From an uncultured Gemmatimonadales bacterium (GTDB lineage Bacteria; Gemmatimonadota; Gemmatimonadetes; Longimicrobiales; RSA9), in NCBI GenBank assembly GCA_963798085.1, contig CAWCRS010000007.1, forward strand, positions 1,664,001 to 1,728,000: DNA of 64,000 nucleotides, written 5' to 3'. The position numbers and the translations under genes are program-made. Positions 63,068-64,000 of this stretch are shown here, one piece after another (within the stretch, counting starts at the first letter, position 1; every line of letters begins with the position of its first letter). Below the pieces are notes generated by a model. The model made no database searches. It was given only the letters and a program-made list of their open reading frames with translations, and was not told where the DNA came from.

Positions 63068-63766
63068 TCAGCGCAGCACGCCGGTCAGCACAGCCAGGGG
63101 AAACAGCATGTTGCCTCCTGCCACCAGCACGGCGAGCGTGAGCGCCAGCGGCCGGCGCCAGCGATTGTAGGCCGGATTGTTCACGCCCATCGTCTGGAAT
63201 GCGCTCCAGATGCCGTGATACAGGTGGAAGCCCAGCGGCACCATGGCGGCGATGTAGGCCAGGGACACGGGCCAGACCTGGAAGCCGGTGACGAAGTTGT
63301 GATAGGCATCACCGGCAATGAAGTCGGGGTGGACCGTGCCGAATGTCAGGTGCAGCAGGTGGAAGAGGACGAAGCCCAGAATCGTCAGGCCGCCCCATAC
63401 CATGGTACGCGAAGCGTAGCTGATGGAAAGCGAGTCGAACTTGCGGTAGCGCTGCGGCCGCGCCCGCCGGCTCTGCAGCGTGAGCTGCGTTGCGGCGCCC
63501 ACGTGAATCACGACGGCCACGAGCAGTACCAGGCGCACCAGCCAGAGCAGCTGGCCGCGCGCGAAGAACGGCGAGCCGATCGTGCGCAGTCCTTCGGCGT
63601 AGTGGTTGAAGGCTTCAGGACCGAAGAAGACCTTGAGATTGCCGACGAAGTGACCGATCACGAAGAGCACCAGGATGGCGCCCGAGAGCGCCATCGCGAC
63701 CTTTCTGCCGACGGACGAGCGGAGCGGAGCGGCCGATCGTCCGGCAACTCGCGCGGCTGTCGCCAT
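63068..63766 (-). CDS. sdhC: Succinate dehydrogenase cytochrome b subunit (single anchor, b558 type)
   Basis: Five TM helices carrying His ligands (GHFVGN, IHVGAA, FHLLH, FHLYHG). Confidence 0.92.
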   Translation of the reverse strand: MATAARVAGRSAAPLRSSVGRKVAMALSGAILVLFVIGHFVGNLKVFFGPEAFNHYAEGLRTIGSPFFARGQLLWLVRLVLLVAVVIHVGAATQLTLQSRRARPQRYRKFDSLSISYASRTMVWGGLTILGFVLFHLLHLTFGTVHPDFIAGDAYHNFVTGFQVWPVSLAYIAAMVPLGFHLYHGIWSAFQTMGVNNPAYNRWRRPLALTLAVLVAGGNMLFPLAVLTGVLR

Positions 63767-64000
63767 CAGGAAAGCAGCGCCATGGTTTCACGGGTGGCGG
63801 CCGCAGAGCGTTCCAGCGCCGCCTGCTCATCCGTCGTGAGCGGCACCTGGATGATGCCCTCGAGTCCCGTGCGGCCGAGTTTGCAGGGCACGCCGAGGAA
63901 CAGGTCGCGCAATCCGAATTCACCCTCGAGCCAGACCGAGCACGGGAGAATGCGCTTCTTGTCGTGCACAATGGCTTCCGCCATCTGCACGGCTGCCGCG
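63766..64000 (-). CDS. mdh: Malate dehydrogenase, C-terminal part (truncated by the window edge)
   Basis: [29 protein letters not shown]...GVPCKLG...ALERSA matches an LDH-like MDH C-terminus. Lies upstream of sdhCAB. Confidence 0.88.
   Translation of the reverse strand, partial: AAAVQMAEAIVHDKKRILPCSVWLEGEFGLRDLFLGVPCKLGRTGLEGIIQVPLTTDEQAALERSAAATRETMALLS

Overview
A very GC-rich bacterial chromosome segment of core genes. Gene content and order suggest a diderm such as Gemmatimonadota, but that is an unverified inference. Left to right: a partial TPR gene; the NHEJ pair ligD-ku; a near-canonical dif (XerC/XerD) site at 3620-3647; an 18-gene, ~19 kb translationally coupled envelope operon (kdsB-pyrG-kdsA-kdsC-kdsD-lptC-lptA-lptB-rpoN followed by a GT2/WecB/GT4/YfhO/methyltransferase/flippase-like/GT2/Zn-ribbon/PlsC module); an outer-membrane protein; pabA/trpG, xerD, dedA, ispF, purE; futalosine-pathway mqnC/mqnE; the yceD-rpmF-plsX-fabHDG-acpP-fabF cluster; arcC-sucC-sucD-[PTS EIIA-CBS fusion]-ndk; UPF0182; a phosphomannomutase; the full nuoA-N operon with a Rex-like operator; dcd; a ~390 bp element with terminal inverted repeats; and mdh(partial)-sdhCAB. 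Almost every gene right of dif points towards it. Many essential genes carry single-base indels, densest at ~29.7-38.3 kb, which are most likely long-read consensus errors rather than biology. I found no CRISPR array, rRNA, tRNA, prophage or transposase. The best leads are the EIIA-CBS protein between sucD and ndk, the glycosylation module attached to the Kdo/Lpt operon, NHEJ genes abutting dif, a possible attenuator in the kdsB-pyrG leader, and the inverted-repeat element. Family assignments come from motif recognition only; no database searches were run.
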